Below are positions 48,950 through 60,038 of a stretch of 64,000 nucleotides of DNA, piece by piece. The notes below the pieces were generated by a model. It made no database searches. It worked only from the letters and a program-made list of their open reading frames with translations, and was not told the origin of the DNA. How positions within the stretch are numbered: the stretch's first letter is position 1; each line of letters opens with the position of its first letter. Made by a program: the position numbers and the translations under genes. Source of the stretch: Gallionella sp. (GTDB lineage: Bacteria; Pseudomonadota; Gammaproteobacteria; Burkholderiales; Gallionellaceae); NCBI GenBank assembly GCA_035529955.1, contig DATKVR010000036.1, positions 188 through 64,187 of the forward strand, read 5' to 3'.

Positions 48950-49636
48950 TCAGGCACCTTTTTGTTCTTCGATTTGTTGCAATACTTCCTTGAGCAAAGG
49001 AACGGTCGGTGGCCGGTGCAGGCGCAGCGAATGGGCATCAAGCGACTCCAGCACCGCCATCAGGCTGGGCAGGTCGCGCCGCCCGTGCCGCAACAAATAT
49101 TGCGCGACCTCCTGCGGCAGGACAAGACCCAGCGAGCGTGCATGCTGCGCAAGCGCGCGCGCTTTCTCTTCGTCGCTCAACTCATGCAGCTGATACACCA
49201 GGCCCCACCCCAGACGGGTACGCAAATCGTCGCGCAACATGAGATGCAGCGGGGACGCATTGCCGCTGACCAGCAACATGGCTCCGTTGTCGCGCATCCG
49301 GTTGTACACGCCGAACAACTCGATTTGCGCTGCATCATCAAGTTGCCCGACATCGTCGACCGCAACCACGGTTGCACCCGTATCCATAACCTGTGCGGGT
49401 ACGCTACCCTGCGCATAGACTGCATCCAGCAGCAGGTCACGCGCAGCGTTCACGCAGGCCTGCAGCAAATGGCTCTTGCCGCTGCCGGTTTCGCCCCACA
49501 CGTAGAAAAACCGCTCGCTGCTGTCGCCCGACAGGGCATGGCGCAATGCCGAGACCAATTCCAGATTGCGTCCCACCACGAAATTATCCAGTGTCAGCTG
49601 CCGCTCGGGAACGATATTGAGCAAAAGCTGGCTCAT
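48950..49636 (-). CDS. hda: DnaA regulatory inactivator Hda
   Basis: Clamp-binding QLLL, DNFVVGRN, GSGKSHL and DLRTRLGWG motifs. Confidence 0.93.
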   Translation of the reverse strand: MSQLLLNIVPERQLTLDNFVVGRNLELVSALRHALSGDSSERFFYVWGETGSGKSHLLQACVNAARDLLLDAVYAQGSVPAQVMDTGATVVAVDDVGQLDDAAQIELFGVYNRMRDNGAMLLVSGNASPLHLMLRDDLRTRLGWGLVYQLHELSDEEKARALAQHARSLGLVLPQEVAQYLLRHGRRDLPSLMAVLESLDAHSLRLHRPPTVPLLKEVLQQIEEQKGA

Positions 49637-50691
49637 GATTTTTGATACATGGTGCTGGACAGATACCAGGCCTTGCCGTAGCGCAGGCCAACCAATGAGA
49701 TGGCCGCAAGCGGCAACGCCAGCAGCAGACCGAAGAATCCGAACAACTGGCCGAATGCCAGCAGTGAAAAAATCACCACCAGCGGATGCAGTCCAACGCG
49801 TTCACCGACCAGCCAGGGCGTGATGACCATGCCTTCCAGCAACTGTCCCGCACCGAACACCGCCCAGACCAGTACCACGTCGCTGAATGCGGTGAACTGC
49901 ATCACCGCCGCCAGCGTGGCCAGAACCAGACCAGTGATCATGCCCAGATATGGCACGAATACCAGCATGCCGGCGACAATGCCGATGGGCAACGCGAATT
50001 GCAGACCGACCAGCCACAGCAGCAGCACGTAATAGGCGCTCATCAGCAGCATCACGGAAATCTGCCCGCGCAGGAATTCAGCCAGGATGCGGTCCACCTC
50101 AACGACGATCTCGGTTGACCTGGCGTAAAGATGGCGCGGGACAAGATCATTGATGCGTCCCAGCCAGATGTTCCAGTCGCGCAGCAGATAGAACATCGCC
50201 ACCGGAGTCAGCAACAGGTCGACCGCCACCCCGATGATCACGCCGCCACTGCTTCCCAGCCACGCCAGCAGATTCTTCGCGAGCCCGCCGGCGCTTTGAC
50301 CATGGCTCAGCAACGCGTTCTTCAGCGCGGTGCTATCCCATTGCAGATCCGCGCCAAACCACCGTTGCAACAGCGGCAACAGATGTATGCGCGCGGCTTC
50401 GATCCAGTCCGGCAGGCGGGTTACAAACCGGCCGATTTCCGTTTCCAGCAACGGCAGCATGATCAGCAGCAGCAAGGCGAACAGCAGCAACAATCCGCTC
50501 ATCACCAGCAACACCGCCAGCGTGCGCGGAATTTTACAGGCACACAGCCGCTGCACCAGCGGATTGCAGATATAGGCCAGGATACCGGCCGCAACGAACG
50601 GTGTAAGTATCGGGCTGAGCAAATAGATCAGCACAACGGCTACGACTGCAAACGACAGCCATTGCAAGGCAGCAAAGCGGGACAGGGTCAT
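49633..50691 (-). CDS. AI-2E family transporter (PerM-like)
   Basis: FLRGQ, PWLVGERVGLHP and ALP motifs; located between hda and purM. Confidence 0.92.
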   Translation of the reverse strand: MTLSRFAALQWLSFAVVAVVLIYLLSPILTPFVAAGILAYICNPLVQRLCACKIPRTLAVLLVMSGLLLLFALLLLIMLPLLETEIGRFVTRLPDWIEAARIHLLPLLQRWFGADLQWDSTALKNALLSHGQSAGGLAKNLLAWLGSSGGVIIGVAVDLLLTPVAMFYLLRDWNIWLGRINDLVPRHLYARSTEIVVEVDRILAEFLRGQISVMLLMSAYYVLLLWLVGLQFALPIGIVAGMLVFVPYLGMITGLVLATLAAVMQFTAFSDVVLVWAVFGAGQLLEGMVITPWLVGERVGLHPLVVIFSLLAFGQLFGFFGLLLALPLAAISLVGLRYGKAWYLSSTMYQKS

Positions 50692-50751
50692 TTCGGGTAA
50701 AATTCGGGCATTTCGTGCAGCACTTTATCCTGAAGAAAGCGAGAACTCAAC

Positions 50752-51816
50752 TTGAATAAACCGAGCAACGATCCTTCATCCGCTGACAGCGGGCACCTGA
50801 CCTACCGGGACGCAGGAGTGGACATGGATGCGGGCGACCGTTTGGTCGAGAATATCAAGCCCTATGCCAAGCGCACCATGCGTCCGGAAGTACTCAACGG
50901 CATCGGGGGTTTTGGCGCGCTGGTCGAGATTTCAAAAAAATACCGCGAACCGGTGCTGGTGTCCGGGACCGACGGAGTCGGCACCAAGCTCAAGCTTGCG
51001 TTCGAACTGAACCGCCACGACACGGTCGGCATCGATCTGGTCGGCATGAGCGTCAACGATATTCTGGTGCAGGGTGCTGAACCGCTGTTCTTCCTCGATT
51101 ATTTCGCCTGCGGCAAGCTGGATGTGGACGCCGCCACCGAGGTCATCAAGGGTATCGCCTTCGGTTGCGAACAGGCCGGTTGCGCACTGATCGGCGGGGA
51201 AACCGCCGAGATGCCGGGCATGTATCCGGCCGGGGAATATGACCTGGCGGGCTTTGCCGTCGGCGTGGTGGAGAAGGCCAACATCATCAGCGGCGCGGAC
51301 ATCAGGGCGGGCGATGCGGTAATCGGCCTTGCCTCGAACGGCGCGCATTCCAACGGCTATTCGCTGGTGCGCAAGATCATCACTACCCGCAAGGCGGATC
51401 TCAAACAAAAGCTGGAAGGAAAAGTGCTGGCCGACCTGATCATGGCGCCGACGCGCATCTACGTGAAGCCGCTGCTGGCGCTGATGAAATCACTCACCAT
51501 AAAGGGCATGGCGCACATCACCGGCGGCGGCCTGCTGGAAAACGTGCCGCGCGTGCTGCCTGAAAACGTGGTCGCGCAACTGGACGGCAAGGCCTGGCAT
51601 ACACCCGTGCTGTTCGACTGGCTGCGCGAGACGGGTAATATCGCCCCGCAGGAAATGTATCGCACCTTCAACTGCGGTATTGGCATGGTGGTGGTAGTGG
51701 CCCAGAAAGATGCGGATGCAGCGCTGAAGCAACTCAACGCCGCGGGTGAAACCGCAACCGTTATCGGCTCGATACGCGCACGGCTGGGCAACGAGGCACA
51801 GACACAAGTCGCCTGA
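50752..51816 (+). CDS. purM: Phosphoribosylformylglycinamidine cyclo-ligase
   Basis: [23 protein letters not shown] and HITGGG motifs. Confidence 0.97.
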   Translation: MNKPSNDPSSADSGHLTYRDAGVDMDAGDRLVENIKPYAKRTMRPEVLNGIGGFGALVEISKKYREPVLVSGTDGVGTKLKLAFELNRHDTVGIDLVGMSVNDILVQGAEPLFFLDYFACGKLDVDAATEVIKGIAFGCEQAGCALIGGETAEMPGMYPAGEYDLAGFAVGVVEKANIISGADIRAGDAVIGLASNGAHSNGYSLVRKIITTRKADLKQKLEGKVLADLIMAPTRIYVKPLLALMKSLTIKGMAHITGGGLLENVPRVLPENVVAQLDGKAWHTPVLFDWLRETGNIAPQEMYRTFNCGIGMVVVVAQKDADAALKQLNAAGETATVIGSIRARLGNEAQTQVA

Positions 51817-51839
51817 TTTTCACAGCCAAATTATTCCTC

Positions 51840-52478
51840 ATGAAAAAACTGGTCATCCTGATTTCCGGACGCGGCAGCAATCTTCAGGCGCTGCTGGATG
51901 CCGGACTGCCCTGCCGTATCGCTGCCGTAATCAGCAATCGTCCCGATGCGGAAGGACTGGACATCGCCAGGGCGAATGGCATTCCTGTCGCAGTCGTCGA
52001 ACATCGCAATTACGCGGACCGCAACAGTTTTGATATCGCGCTGGCTCAAGCTATCGATGCGTTCGAACCCGACATTGTCGCGCTTGCCGGGTTCATGCGC
52101 ATCCTCAGCAACGGTTTCGTGGCACGATATCACGGCAGGCTGGTCAATATTCATCCTTCGCTTTTGCCTGCCTACGGGGGACTCAATACCCATGCACGGG
52201 CACTGCAGGATGGGGTGAAAATACATGGTTGCACGGTGCATTTCGTTTCACCGGACCTTGACCACGGCCCAATCATCATACAGGCCGCCGTGCCGGTGTT
52301 GCGCGACGATTCCGAGCAAATATTGGCAGCCCGCGTATTGAACCAGGAGCATCGCATTTATCCGCAAGCAATCAAATGGCTCTGCAACGAAAACATCGAT
52401 CTGGACAATCATGGCAAAGTCATTTTCCGGAATCGCAAGCAGTCCGGTTTTGCGCTGGTCAGTCCCAGCCTGGAATAA
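51840..52478 (+). CDS. purN: Phosphoribosylglycinamide formyltransferase
   Basis: ISGRGSN, NIHPSLLP and GCTVHFV motifs. Confidence 0.97.
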   Translation: MKKLVILISGRGSNLQALLDAGLPCRIAAVISNRPDAEGLDIARANGIPVAVVEHRNYADRNSFDIALAQAIDAFEPDIVALAGFMRILSNGFVARYHGRLVNIHPSLLPAYGGLNTHARALQDGVKIHGCTVHFVSPDLDHGPIIIQAAVPVLRDDSEQILAARVLNQEHRIYPQAIKWLCNENIDLDNHGKVIFRNRKQSGFALVSPSLE

Positions 52479-52479
52479 C

Positions 52480-53190
52480 ATGAAATTAATCTTTGTTTCA
52501 TTCGCGTGGTTGATGCTGCTTGTCGCGGGATCTTCGTACGCTGCGACGCCCGGCAGCATTCAGGCCAGCTATGACATTTACAAGGCCGGCATCAAGATCG
52601 GCGAGATCGACGAAAATTTTGCCATCGACAAGGATAATCGCTACACGATCGTCAGCACCACGCGTGCCACAGGTTTGCTGGCGATTTTCATGCCGGGAAG
52701 GATTATCCTGCACAGCAACGGCCTGGTGGACGCCAACGGGCTCAGGCCATTGAGTTTCAGCGATGTGCGCGAAGGTGATGCGGACCGGGACCGCAGCGCC
52801 GAATTTGATTGGAACACCATGAAGCTGACCATGATTGAGCATAAGCGGCGCACGGTGGTCCCGCTACCGGACGGCACACAAGACCGCCTCAGCGCGATGT
52901 ACCAATTCCAGTTCCTGTCGCTGGACAATACCGACAAGCTGAGCTTCCATATGACCAATGGCAGCAAACTGGATATCTACAATTACCGTGTCACACATGA
53001 CCAGCGCCTGATAATCCCGCTTGGCACGTTCAGGGCGCTGTATATTGCCAGCGTTCCCCAAACGGGTTCCAACCGGACCGAAATCTGGCTGGCCGGCAAG
53101 CACGCTCACTTCCCATACAAGATGGTCATCACCGATCCCGATGGGGATCAGCTCTCGCAGGTATTGACCAGGATCGTTTCCACCCCGTGA
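52480..53190 (+). CDS. DUF3108 family exported protein
   Basis: Signal peptide; GLRP, GTQDRLS and EIWLA motifs. Confidence 0.8.
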   Translation: MKLIFVSFAWLMLLVAGSSYAATPGSIQASYDIYKAGIKIGEIDENFAIDKDNRYTIVSTTRATGLLAIFMPGRIILHSNGLVDANGLRPLSFSDVREGDADRDRSAEFDWNTMKLTMIEHKRRTVVPLPDGTQDRLSAMYQFQFLSLDNTDKLSFHMTNGSKLDIYNYRVTHDQRLIIPLGTFRALYIASVPQTGSNRTEIWLAGKHAHFPYKMVITDPDGDQLSQVLTRIVSTP

Positions 53191-54140
53191 CCGCAGCCTT
53201 TCGTACACCGGGCAGCCGGATCGCGCTGGCCATCACCCTCTCACTGATCATTCATGCCGCGATACTTTGGCTCCCCTATATCACCTTGCCCCAGCCCAGG
53301 GTGTCGTTTCCGCCCCTCTCCGTCAGGCTGGCGCCACTGCCAGCGCCGGTCAAGTTGATCACCGAAAAGCCGGAACATGCGAAACCTGCACCGCCCGATG
53401 ACTTGGTCAAATCGGACCATAAGCTATCGGCCAAGTCTGCAAGCAAATCCATGGCCCCGATGAACAAGACGAAGCAAAACACGGCGGCCCAGCCGTTTCC
53501 AAAACACCTGCAGCTTTCCTTTATCGTTTACAAGGGGGAAGATGGCTTGAGGACGGGGGAGATTCGCCAGCAGTTTGATATAAGCGATGGCAGGTATGCC
53601 TTGAGGTCAGTGCGCGAAACTTCCGGATTGGCCAGCCTGCGCAATGACGACCGCATTATCCAGACCAGCCATGGCAATATCGGTGAGCACGGATTGCGCC
53701 CCGACCTCTACAAGGCAGAAAGAATCACCGTTGCCGGCAAGCTTTACCGTCAAAGCCTGTTTGACCACAAATCGGGAACATTGCGGTTCTCGGACGGCAG
53801 CTCGACCGCGCTGCCCGCGGACACGCAGGATAGCCTGAGCTTCATGTATCAACTCTCGCAACTTCCGATTAATGTGGAATTCTTTACGTTGCCGGTCAGT
53901 GACACCGGGCAACTTCGGCAATATCAGATCGAGGTTGGCACAAGGGAGGATGTCGACACCCCGATCGGCAAGCTGCGCACGTTGCACCTTCGTGAAATGC
54001 ACGCATCTGGAAGCGCCTATTTTGAAATCTGGCTGGGACTTGAATATCGCCGGTTACCGGTGAAATTTCGCGAGGTCGACAGCTCGGGAAAAGTGACCGA
54101 CGAGTATGTGATATCGGGCATCCGCGCCTCGGATAAATGA
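53187..54140 (+). CDS. DUF3108 family protein with an N-terminal TM anchor and Pro-rich linker
   Basis: SLIIHAAIL anchor; GLRP, TQDSLSFMYQL and IWLG motifs. Confidence 0.8.
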   Translation: MTAAFRTPGSRIALAITLSLIIHAAILWLPYITLPQPRVSFPPLSVRLAPLPAPVKLITEKPEHAKPAPPDDLVKSDHKLSAKSASKSMAPMNKTKQNTAAQPFPKHLQLSFIVYKGEDGLRTGEIRQQFDISDGRYALRSVRETSGLASLRNDDRIIQTSHGNIGEHGLRPDLYKAERITVAGKLYRQSLFDHKSGTLRFSDGSSTALPADTQDSLSFMYQLSQLPINVEFFTLPVSDTGQLRQYQIEVGTREDVDTPIGKLRTLHLREMHASGSAYFEIWLGLEYRRLPVKFREVDSSGKVTDEYVISGIRASDK

Positions 54141-54260
54141 ATCCATTCAGCAATCCGTATGCCCCAATTTGCCGCACTGCCCACCCATCCGCCAATCCGT
54201 GTCATCTATTCCGACTGCAACACTGTTAAACTGCCTGTCTGATATGCAAAGTCCCCCCCC

Positions 54261-55613
54261 ATGCTGATTACCGAATACCGTTTAGAAATCGTCATCCAGG
54301 CACTGCGTGCCATCCTGCCGCTGGCACATCCCGCGGACACCACCCTGCGCTATTTTTTCAAGGACGAGCGCATCGGTTCCAACGAACGCGAACTGGTTGC
54401 CGAGACCGTATTCGGCGTGCTGCGCCACCGCATGCTGCTTGAGTATGCCTGCCTTGGTGAGGCACCCCGCGAAAAGTTACCAATGCAACAGACCTTTTCC
54501 GGAAGCGGGGATGGGGCGGCTTTACCCGCACCGGATGCTTCGCAACACCGTGTTCAAGTCGCTACCCCGCGGCGCATGGCACTCGCACACATGATCAGAT
54601 TCGGCGGTTACAACCTGCGCGAGCTCGAACCGGTGCTGAAGCCCGGTGAAAAGGACTGGCTAGCCACCGTAAAAGCCGTGAAGATCGAGCATCTGCCGTT
54701 ACCGGTACAAGCCGAATTGCCGGAATGGCTGGTGGAGAAAATGCGCGCCAGCTATTCCGATGATGACATCCTCGCAATCGGAAAGTCCATGCAACAGGGC
54801 GCGCCGCTGGATATCCGCGTCAATACCCTGCTTGCCAAGCGCGAGGATGTGTTGCAGCAACTGCATGAAAAAAATATCGCCGCCACCGCAACCCCCTGGT
54901 CGCCGATCGGTATCCGCCTCGGGGAAAAAATCCCGCTCAATCGCGATCCCCTGTTCACCGAGGGAAAGATCGAAGTGCAGGACGAAGGAAGTCAGCTGCT
55001 CGGCTTCCTGCTTGCGCCCAAACGCAATGACATGGTGGTGGATTTCTGTGCCGGCGCGGGAGGCAAGACTCTGATGCTGTCTGCAATGATGAACTCTCAA
55101 GGCCGCTTGTATGCCATGGACGTTTCGGAAAAACGCCTCGCCAATCTCAAGCCGCGCCTGAAACGTTCCGGTGCCAGCAATATCCAGCCCATGCTGATCG
55201 CCCACGAGAACGACCTCAAGGTAAAACGCCTGGCCGGCAAAATCGACCGCGTGCTGGTGGATGCGCCGTGCAGCGGTCTGGGCACGCTGCGGCGCAGCCC
55301 CGACCTGAAATTCCGCCAGTCGCCCGGCAGCATCGAGGCATACACATTACAGCAAGCCGCCATCCTCGCTTCCGCGAGCCGCCTGCTGAAGAAAGGCGGA
55401 CGGCTGGTATACGCGACGTGCAGCTTCCTGCCGGAAGAAAACCAGCACATCGTGCAGTCCTTCCTTGCCGCCCATCCCGACTTTGTGCTGCTACCGGCAA
55501 ATGAAATTTTGCAGCAACAGAAGATCGCGCTGGAAGCGGTTGATTATCTGCAACTGCTCCCCCATATACACAACACCGACGGATTCTTTGCGGCAGTAAT
55601 CGAACGCATTTAG
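54261..55613 (+). CDS. RsmB/NOP family RNA m5C methyltransferase
   Basis: EVQDEGSQ, DFCAGAGGK, DAPCSG, YATCS and DGFF motifs. Confidence 0.93.
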   Translation: MLITEYRLEIVIQALRAILPLAHPADTTLRYFFKDERIGSNERELVAETVFGVLRHRMLLEYACLGEAPREKLPMQQTFSGSGDGAALPAPDASQHRVQVATPRRMALAHMIRFGGYNLRELEPVLKPGEKDWLATVKAVKIEHLPLPVQAELPEWLVEKMRASYSDDDILAIGKSMQQGAPLDIRVNTLLAKREDVLQQLHEKNIAATATPWSPIGIRLGEKIPLNRDPLFTEGKIEVQDEGSQLLGFLLAPKRNDMVVDFCAGAGGKTLMLSAMMNSQGRLYAMDVSEKRLANLKPRLKRSGASNIQPMLIAHENDLKVKRLAGKIDRVLVDAPCSGLGTLRRSPDLKFRQSPGSIEAYTLQQAAILASASRLLKKGGRLVYATCSFLPEENQHIVQSFLAAHPDFVLLPANEILQQQKIALEAVDYLQLLPHIHNTDGFFAAVIERI

Positions 55614-55699
55614 TCACCCGTAACCCGTCTTGCTTCTGTACAATTGCTTACACTTTTAAAATTATCTATTGCAATTCACAACTGCAATCCGGAGGTTGT

Positions 55700-56872
55700 A
55701 TGCTTTCAGGATTAATCGATTTGCCCTGGTGGGGTTATGTACTCGCCACGCTGGCGCTTACCCATATCACCATCGTGTCGGTAACCATCTATTTGCACCG
55801 CCACCAGTCCCATCTCGCTTTGGATTTGCACCCGGTTGCCAGTCATTTCTTTCGTTTCTGGCTGTGGCTCACCACCGGCACGGTGACCAAGGAATGGGCG
55901 TCCATCCACCGCAAACACCACGCCAAATGCGAAACGGCCGAAGACCCGCATAGCCCGCAGATATTGGGCATCAGGAAGGTGCTGCTGGAAGGCGCGGAGC
56001 TATACCGCAAGGAGGCCCTGAACCAGGAAACGCTCGACAAATATGGTCGCGGCACCCCGGACGACTGGCTGGAGCACAACCTTTACTCCAAACATAGCAT
56101 GCTGGGCATCATGCTGATGCTGGCCATCGACGTGCTGCTGTTCGGACCGATCGGCATCACCGTCTGGGCGGTGCAAATGATCTGGATACCGGTCACTGCG
56201 GCGGGCATCATCAACGGTGCCGGGCATTACTGGGGCTACCGAAACTTCCAGCCTGCCGATGCATCCACCAACATCGTGCCGTGGGGGATCCTGATCGGCG
56301 GAGAAGAACTGCATAACAATCACCATGCATATATCGGCTCTGCCAAGTTATCAAGCAAATGGTATGAATTCGATATCGGCTGGCTGTATATCCGCAGCCT
56401 GGCCCTGTTGGGGCTGGCGAAGATCAAAAGGGTCGCGCCTAAAGTCCGCCTCGACACCGCAAAAACAGTATGCGATCTGGCTACGCTGCACGCGGTGATG
56501 GCCAACCGCTACGAAGTAATGGCGAAATACGCCAAGTCACTTAAGAAAACCTATCGCGAGGAAATTTCGCAGCTGAAACTGCGTATGCCCGGTCTGGGTA
56601 AAGTCGATCTGAAGCGCGTCAAGCACTGGCTGCATGTGGATGTCAACGCGCTGAGCGAGCAGGAAAAACTGAAACTCAGCCTGGTCATGCAGACCAGTCA
56701 AAGGCTGAATATCGCCTATACGTTGCGCCAGGACCTCATCGCAGTCTGGCACCGTTCCACGGCGACCAAGGAACAAATGGTAAGGGAGCTGGAGGACTGG
56801 TGTCATCGCGCGGAAACCAGCGGTATCGAGGCGTTGCAACAGTTTTCCAGACACCTGCGCTACTACGCTTGA
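55700..56872 (+). CDS. desA: Delta-9 fatty acid desaturase (DesA type with C-terminal helical extension)
   Basis: His boxes HRHQSH, HRKHH and HNNHH; EFDIGW. Confidence 0.9.
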   Translation: MLSGLIDLPWWGYVLATLALTHITIVSVTIYLHRHQSHLALDLHPVASHFFRFWLWLTTGTVTKEWASIHRKHHAKCETAEDPHSPQILGIRKVLLEGAELYRKEALNQETLDKYGRGTPDDWLEHNLYSKHSMLGIMLMLAIDVLLFGPIGITVWAVQMIWIPVTAAGIINGAGHYWGYRNFQPADASTNIVPWGILIGGEELHNNHHAYIGSAKLSSKWYEFDIGWLYIRSLALLGLAKIKRVAPKVRLDTAKTVCDLATLHAVMANRYEVMAKYAKSLKKTYREEISQLKLRMPGLGKVDLKRVKHWLHVDVNALSEQEKLKLSLVMQTSQRLNIAYTLRQDLIAVWHRSTATKEQMVRELEDWCHRAETSGIEALQQFSRHLRYYA

Positions 56873-56990
56873 ACGGCTGAAGAAGTGAGACGGAGCCTGT
56901 TGCACAAGCTACAGGCGAGCTTATCGCTGTGCAAGCGTCCGACCAGGCCGCTGTAATTTCAATAGCACCGAATCGCTTCGGCCGGCCCTG

Positions 56991-57278
56991 TCAATTAGTT
57001 TCAAAATATCCAATGATCGCTTTGGTTTCTGCGGGATCCGGCATCTGCTTGTGCGCAGATTCCATGTAACCTTGCATGCGCGAAACAACGTATGGCCAGG
57101 CGGCGGGGGGATGCTGGTCTGCAAATGGCAGCGCATGGCATTGCGAACAGTAACTCTTGGCCACCAGATATCCCGGCTTGGCACTTTCAAGCGCGTCGCG
57201 CTGAGCTGCGGTTTGCCTGCTGCAGCCGACAAGCAGCAGGGCAACGAATACTATTATGCTCAATATATTCAATTTCAA
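56991..57278 (-). CDS. Small monoheme cytochrome c lipoprotein
   Basis: RBS GGAG before a TTG start; lipobox LVGC; CSQCH followed by H...W...VSRM. Confidence 0.75.
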   Translation of the reverse strand: MKLNILSIIVFVALLLVGCSRQTAAQRDALESAKPGYLVAKSYCSQCHALPFADQHPPAAWPYVVSRMQGYMESAHKQMPDPAETKAIIGYFETN

Positions 57279-57673
57279 TTTCTCCGGATCGCGTTCTTGA
57301 AGTGATAAATTGTAACAGCTGGCTTCGGCAAAAGCGTCAGTTTCATGTGGCAAAATTCATCCGTGTTACCACTCCAAACTATCGCCGGTTTTCCCGATTG
57401 TTTAAACTCGGGCATGTGGCACGTCACTGGCCAATCAATGGCCGGTGCATCAGGGATCGATCAGTAAACTGCGATCAACGCAATGTACCGGTCCGTTTCG
57501 ACGGTCTGCTCGATGGCAGCAAAACAACTTTTGTACTCAAATATGAGCATTGATTAACCTGAAATCCCGGCTTTGCGGTTGTTATACCCGTTGCACCCCA
57601 AATGACTGTTCACAGCGATTCATTAACTAATACAATATAGCCTTATTACCTTATCTCCCGAAAAGGAAACATT

Positions 57674-57787
57674 ATGCAAAACAAATTGGTGGTTATCGTA
57701 TCAGTTTTTATTTTCGTGTTAGTCGTTGTGCTTGCGGGGATTTCCAGCGACTGGGGCATGACCCTGTTGACGAAATACTTCAGGTAG
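57674..57787 (+). CDS. 37-aa single-TM small protein (not in the ORF track)
   Basis: RBS AAGGA; MQNKLVVIVSVFIFVLVVVLAGISSDWGMTLLTKYFR. Confidence 0.6.
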   Translation: MQNKLVVIVSVFIFVLVVVLAGISSDWGMTLLTKYFR

Positions 57788-57887
57788 ATTCATGATTTCC
57801 CGAACATGGCAGGCGATGTACCACCCATGTACCACGCGACCGGATCCGCTTCCCCTTTAAAAAACATCAATCCAATTTGATGATTTT

Positions 57888-57919
57888 AAAAAATAAAAGC
57901 CCGCACGAATGCGGGCTTT
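57888..57919 (-). terminator. Intrinsic terminator after ssb
   Basis: AAAGCCCGCA-CGAA-TGCGGGCTTT stem with a T-run on the minus strand. Confidence 0.85.
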
Positions 57920-57954
57920 AGCTATGTTCTTAACAAAAGAATATATGGTGGTTT

Positions 57955-58413
57955 TTAAAACGGAATATCGTCGTCGAAATTATCGAAGCTGCCTTTCGCT
58001 GCCGGTGCAGCTTTGGCAGGAGCCGCGCTACCAGTTGAAGACGCCGGCTTGTTTTCCACTACCTCGAAGCTACCGGCACCGGATGACTTGCCGCCCAACA
58101 TGGTCATTTCATTGACCACGATCTCGGTAGTGTAACGATCCTGCCCTTCTTTGGTTTGCCACTTGCGAGTTTGCAGTTTTCCCTCGACGTAGATCTGGGA
58201 GCCTTTCTTCAGATACTCGCCGGCAATTTCGGCCAGACGGCGATAAAACACCAGATTATGCCACTCGGTTTTTTCCTGTTTCTCGCCGCTCTTGTCCTTC
58301 CAGTTTTCCGAAGTTGCCAGTGTCGCGTTGGTCACCGCCTCGCCACTGGTCATGTAGCGTGTTTCCGGATCTTTGCCCAGGCGACCGATCAGGATTACCT
58401 TGTTCACCGACAT
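57955..58413 (-). CDS. ssb: Single-stranded DNA-binding protein
   Basis: [11 protein letters not shown] and TEWH motifs; C-terminal DDDIPF. Confidence 0.98.
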   Translation of the reverse strand: MSVNKVILIGRLGKDPETRYMTSGEAVTNATLATSENWKDKSGEKQEKTEWHNLVFYRRLAEIAGEYLKKGSQIYVEGKLQTRKWQTKEGQDRYTTEIVVNEMTMLGGKSSGAGSFEVVENKPASSTGSAAPAKAAPAAKGSFDNFDDDIPF

Positions 58414-58414
58414 A

Positions 58415-59794
58415 TCAAGCTCCCTTCATCACGAGTTTGTCTACCGCTGCTTCATCGAAGCCCTGCATGTCCACCTTGAGGGATGCGATGCTTTCCACTG
58501 CCACGACCATCGCTTCTTTTACACCCTGCAGTTGCATGAGCTGCTTTTGTAATTGTACCGCAGCCGCTTCATCCATCTTGGGTAAATGATATAGCTTGGT
58601 GCGCACCAGTGCCGGCGGCTTCATCGTCGATGCAACGATCAGCCACAGCAGCAGCATCAGGATGGCGAACACAAACACCGAATTCCCGCCGACGAATTGC
58701 AGCAGCGCGCCGCCGATTGCCGCACCTGAGAATGCACCCAGAAACTGGACGCTGCTATAAACGCCCATCGCGGTGCCCTTGGCTGCCAGCGGGGCGATCT
58801 TGCTGATCATCGAGGGTAGTGTCGCTTCCAGCACGTTGAACGCGGTAAAGAAAACCAGCAGCGCAGCGGCCACGCCCCACAAACTATTATGTGCAAACAT
58901 CAGCAGTACCTGTGCGCACATCGCCAGAAAGATCGACAGCATGAATATCTGTTTCATCTTGGCCTTCTTCTCGGCAATGATGATGGGGGGCACCATCAGC
59001 ACGAATGCCACCAGCATCACCGGCAGATAGACATACCAGTGGTGCGACAAAGGCAGGCCATCTTTCTCCATCACGAACGGCACCTGCATGAATACCGACA
59101 TCAGAATCGCGTGCAGCGAAAAAATACCGAAATCGAGGCGCAATAGATCCCTGTTGCGCAGCACTTCGATGAAGTGTTTCCCACTCGCTTCAGTATCGCT
59201 GTGAAAATGCGTGATCGCCGGATCAGGTATCATGAATTTCACCACGCCTATCGCAAGCATCGCAAGCACGCCGGTCAGCGCGAAGATACCGGGGACATGT
59301 ATTATATTGTCGAGCATCGGCGAAAGGACCATCGATATCGAAAAGGTGACACCGATGGTAATACCGATCATCGCCATCGCCTTGGTGCGCACTTCTTCGC
59401 GGGTGAGATCGGCGGTGAGCGCCATCACCGCGGCATTAAGCGCGCCGGCGCCCTGCACCACGCGCCCGATGATAATCCAGTAGATATTGTGCGCATCGGC
59501 GGCAATAAAACTGCCGATCGCGAACAACACCAGGGCGAAGTAGATCACCGGTTTGCGTCCGTACCGGTCTGACAACCAGCCGGAAGGAATTTGCAGCAGA
59601 GCCTGGGTCAAACCATAAGCGCCGAGCGCGATGCCGACCAGCAGGTGACTGTCGCCGCCGGGCAGATGTTGCGCATAGATCGCGAAGACCGGAAGAATGA
59701 TGAACAATCCCAGCATGCGCAGGCCATAGATACTTGCCAGACCAAAGCTGGCGCGACGCTCGATCGCAGTCATGGTGTCAGGTACTTTTTGCAT
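58415..59794 (-). CDS. MFS transporter (YajR-like, with C-terminal soluble domain)
   Basis: RMLGLF, SDRYGRK and [10 protein letters not shown] motifs; directly upstream of ssb. Confidence 0.9.
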   Translation of the reverse strand: MQKVPDTMTAIERRASFGLASIYGLRMLGLFIILPVFAIYAQHLPGGDSHLLVGIALGAYGLTQALLQIPSGWLSDRYGRKPVIYFALVLFAIGSFIAADAHNIYWIIIGRVVQGAGALNAAVMALTADLTREEVRTKAMAMIGITIGVTFSISMVLSPMLDNIIHVPGIFALTGVLAMLAIGVVKFMIPDPAITHFHSDTEASGKHFIEVLRNRDLLRLDFGIFSLHAILMSVFMQVPFVMEKDGLPLSHHWYVYLPVMLVAFVLMVPPIIIAEKKAKMKQIFMLSIFLAMCAQVLLMFAHNSLWGVAAALLVFFTAFNVLEATLPSMISKIAPLAAKGTAMGVYSSVQFLGAFSGAAIGGALLQFVGGNSVFVFAILMLLLWLIVASTMKPPALVRTKLYHLPKMDEAAAVQLQKQLMQLQGVKEAMVVAVESIASLKVDMQGFDEAAVDKLVMKGA

Positions 59795-60038
59795 GGATGT
59801 CCTTGATCAGTAATGGTGGAGTGAATTCTTATTTTAACAGCTCAACCCGACTCGGGCCATTCCCCATCACCGATGTAATGTGAGCAAATGTATCCTTGTT
59901 TAATCGCTTTGCTGACTGTGATTTGGCTGACAGTTCCGGCACCATTTTGATCGGGATGAAGAGCACAAAAAGGCAACTGCCTATTTTTACCTACTGCAAT
60001 CCGCCAGGCATAAGGGTTGCGTTGCTTCCGAAAGACAA

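Noticed and set aside
59914-59935. ACTGT...ACAGT palindrome upstream of the MFS-ssb genes as a LexA box
   Set aside because: The spacer is 10 nt between CTGT and ACAG rather than the required 8
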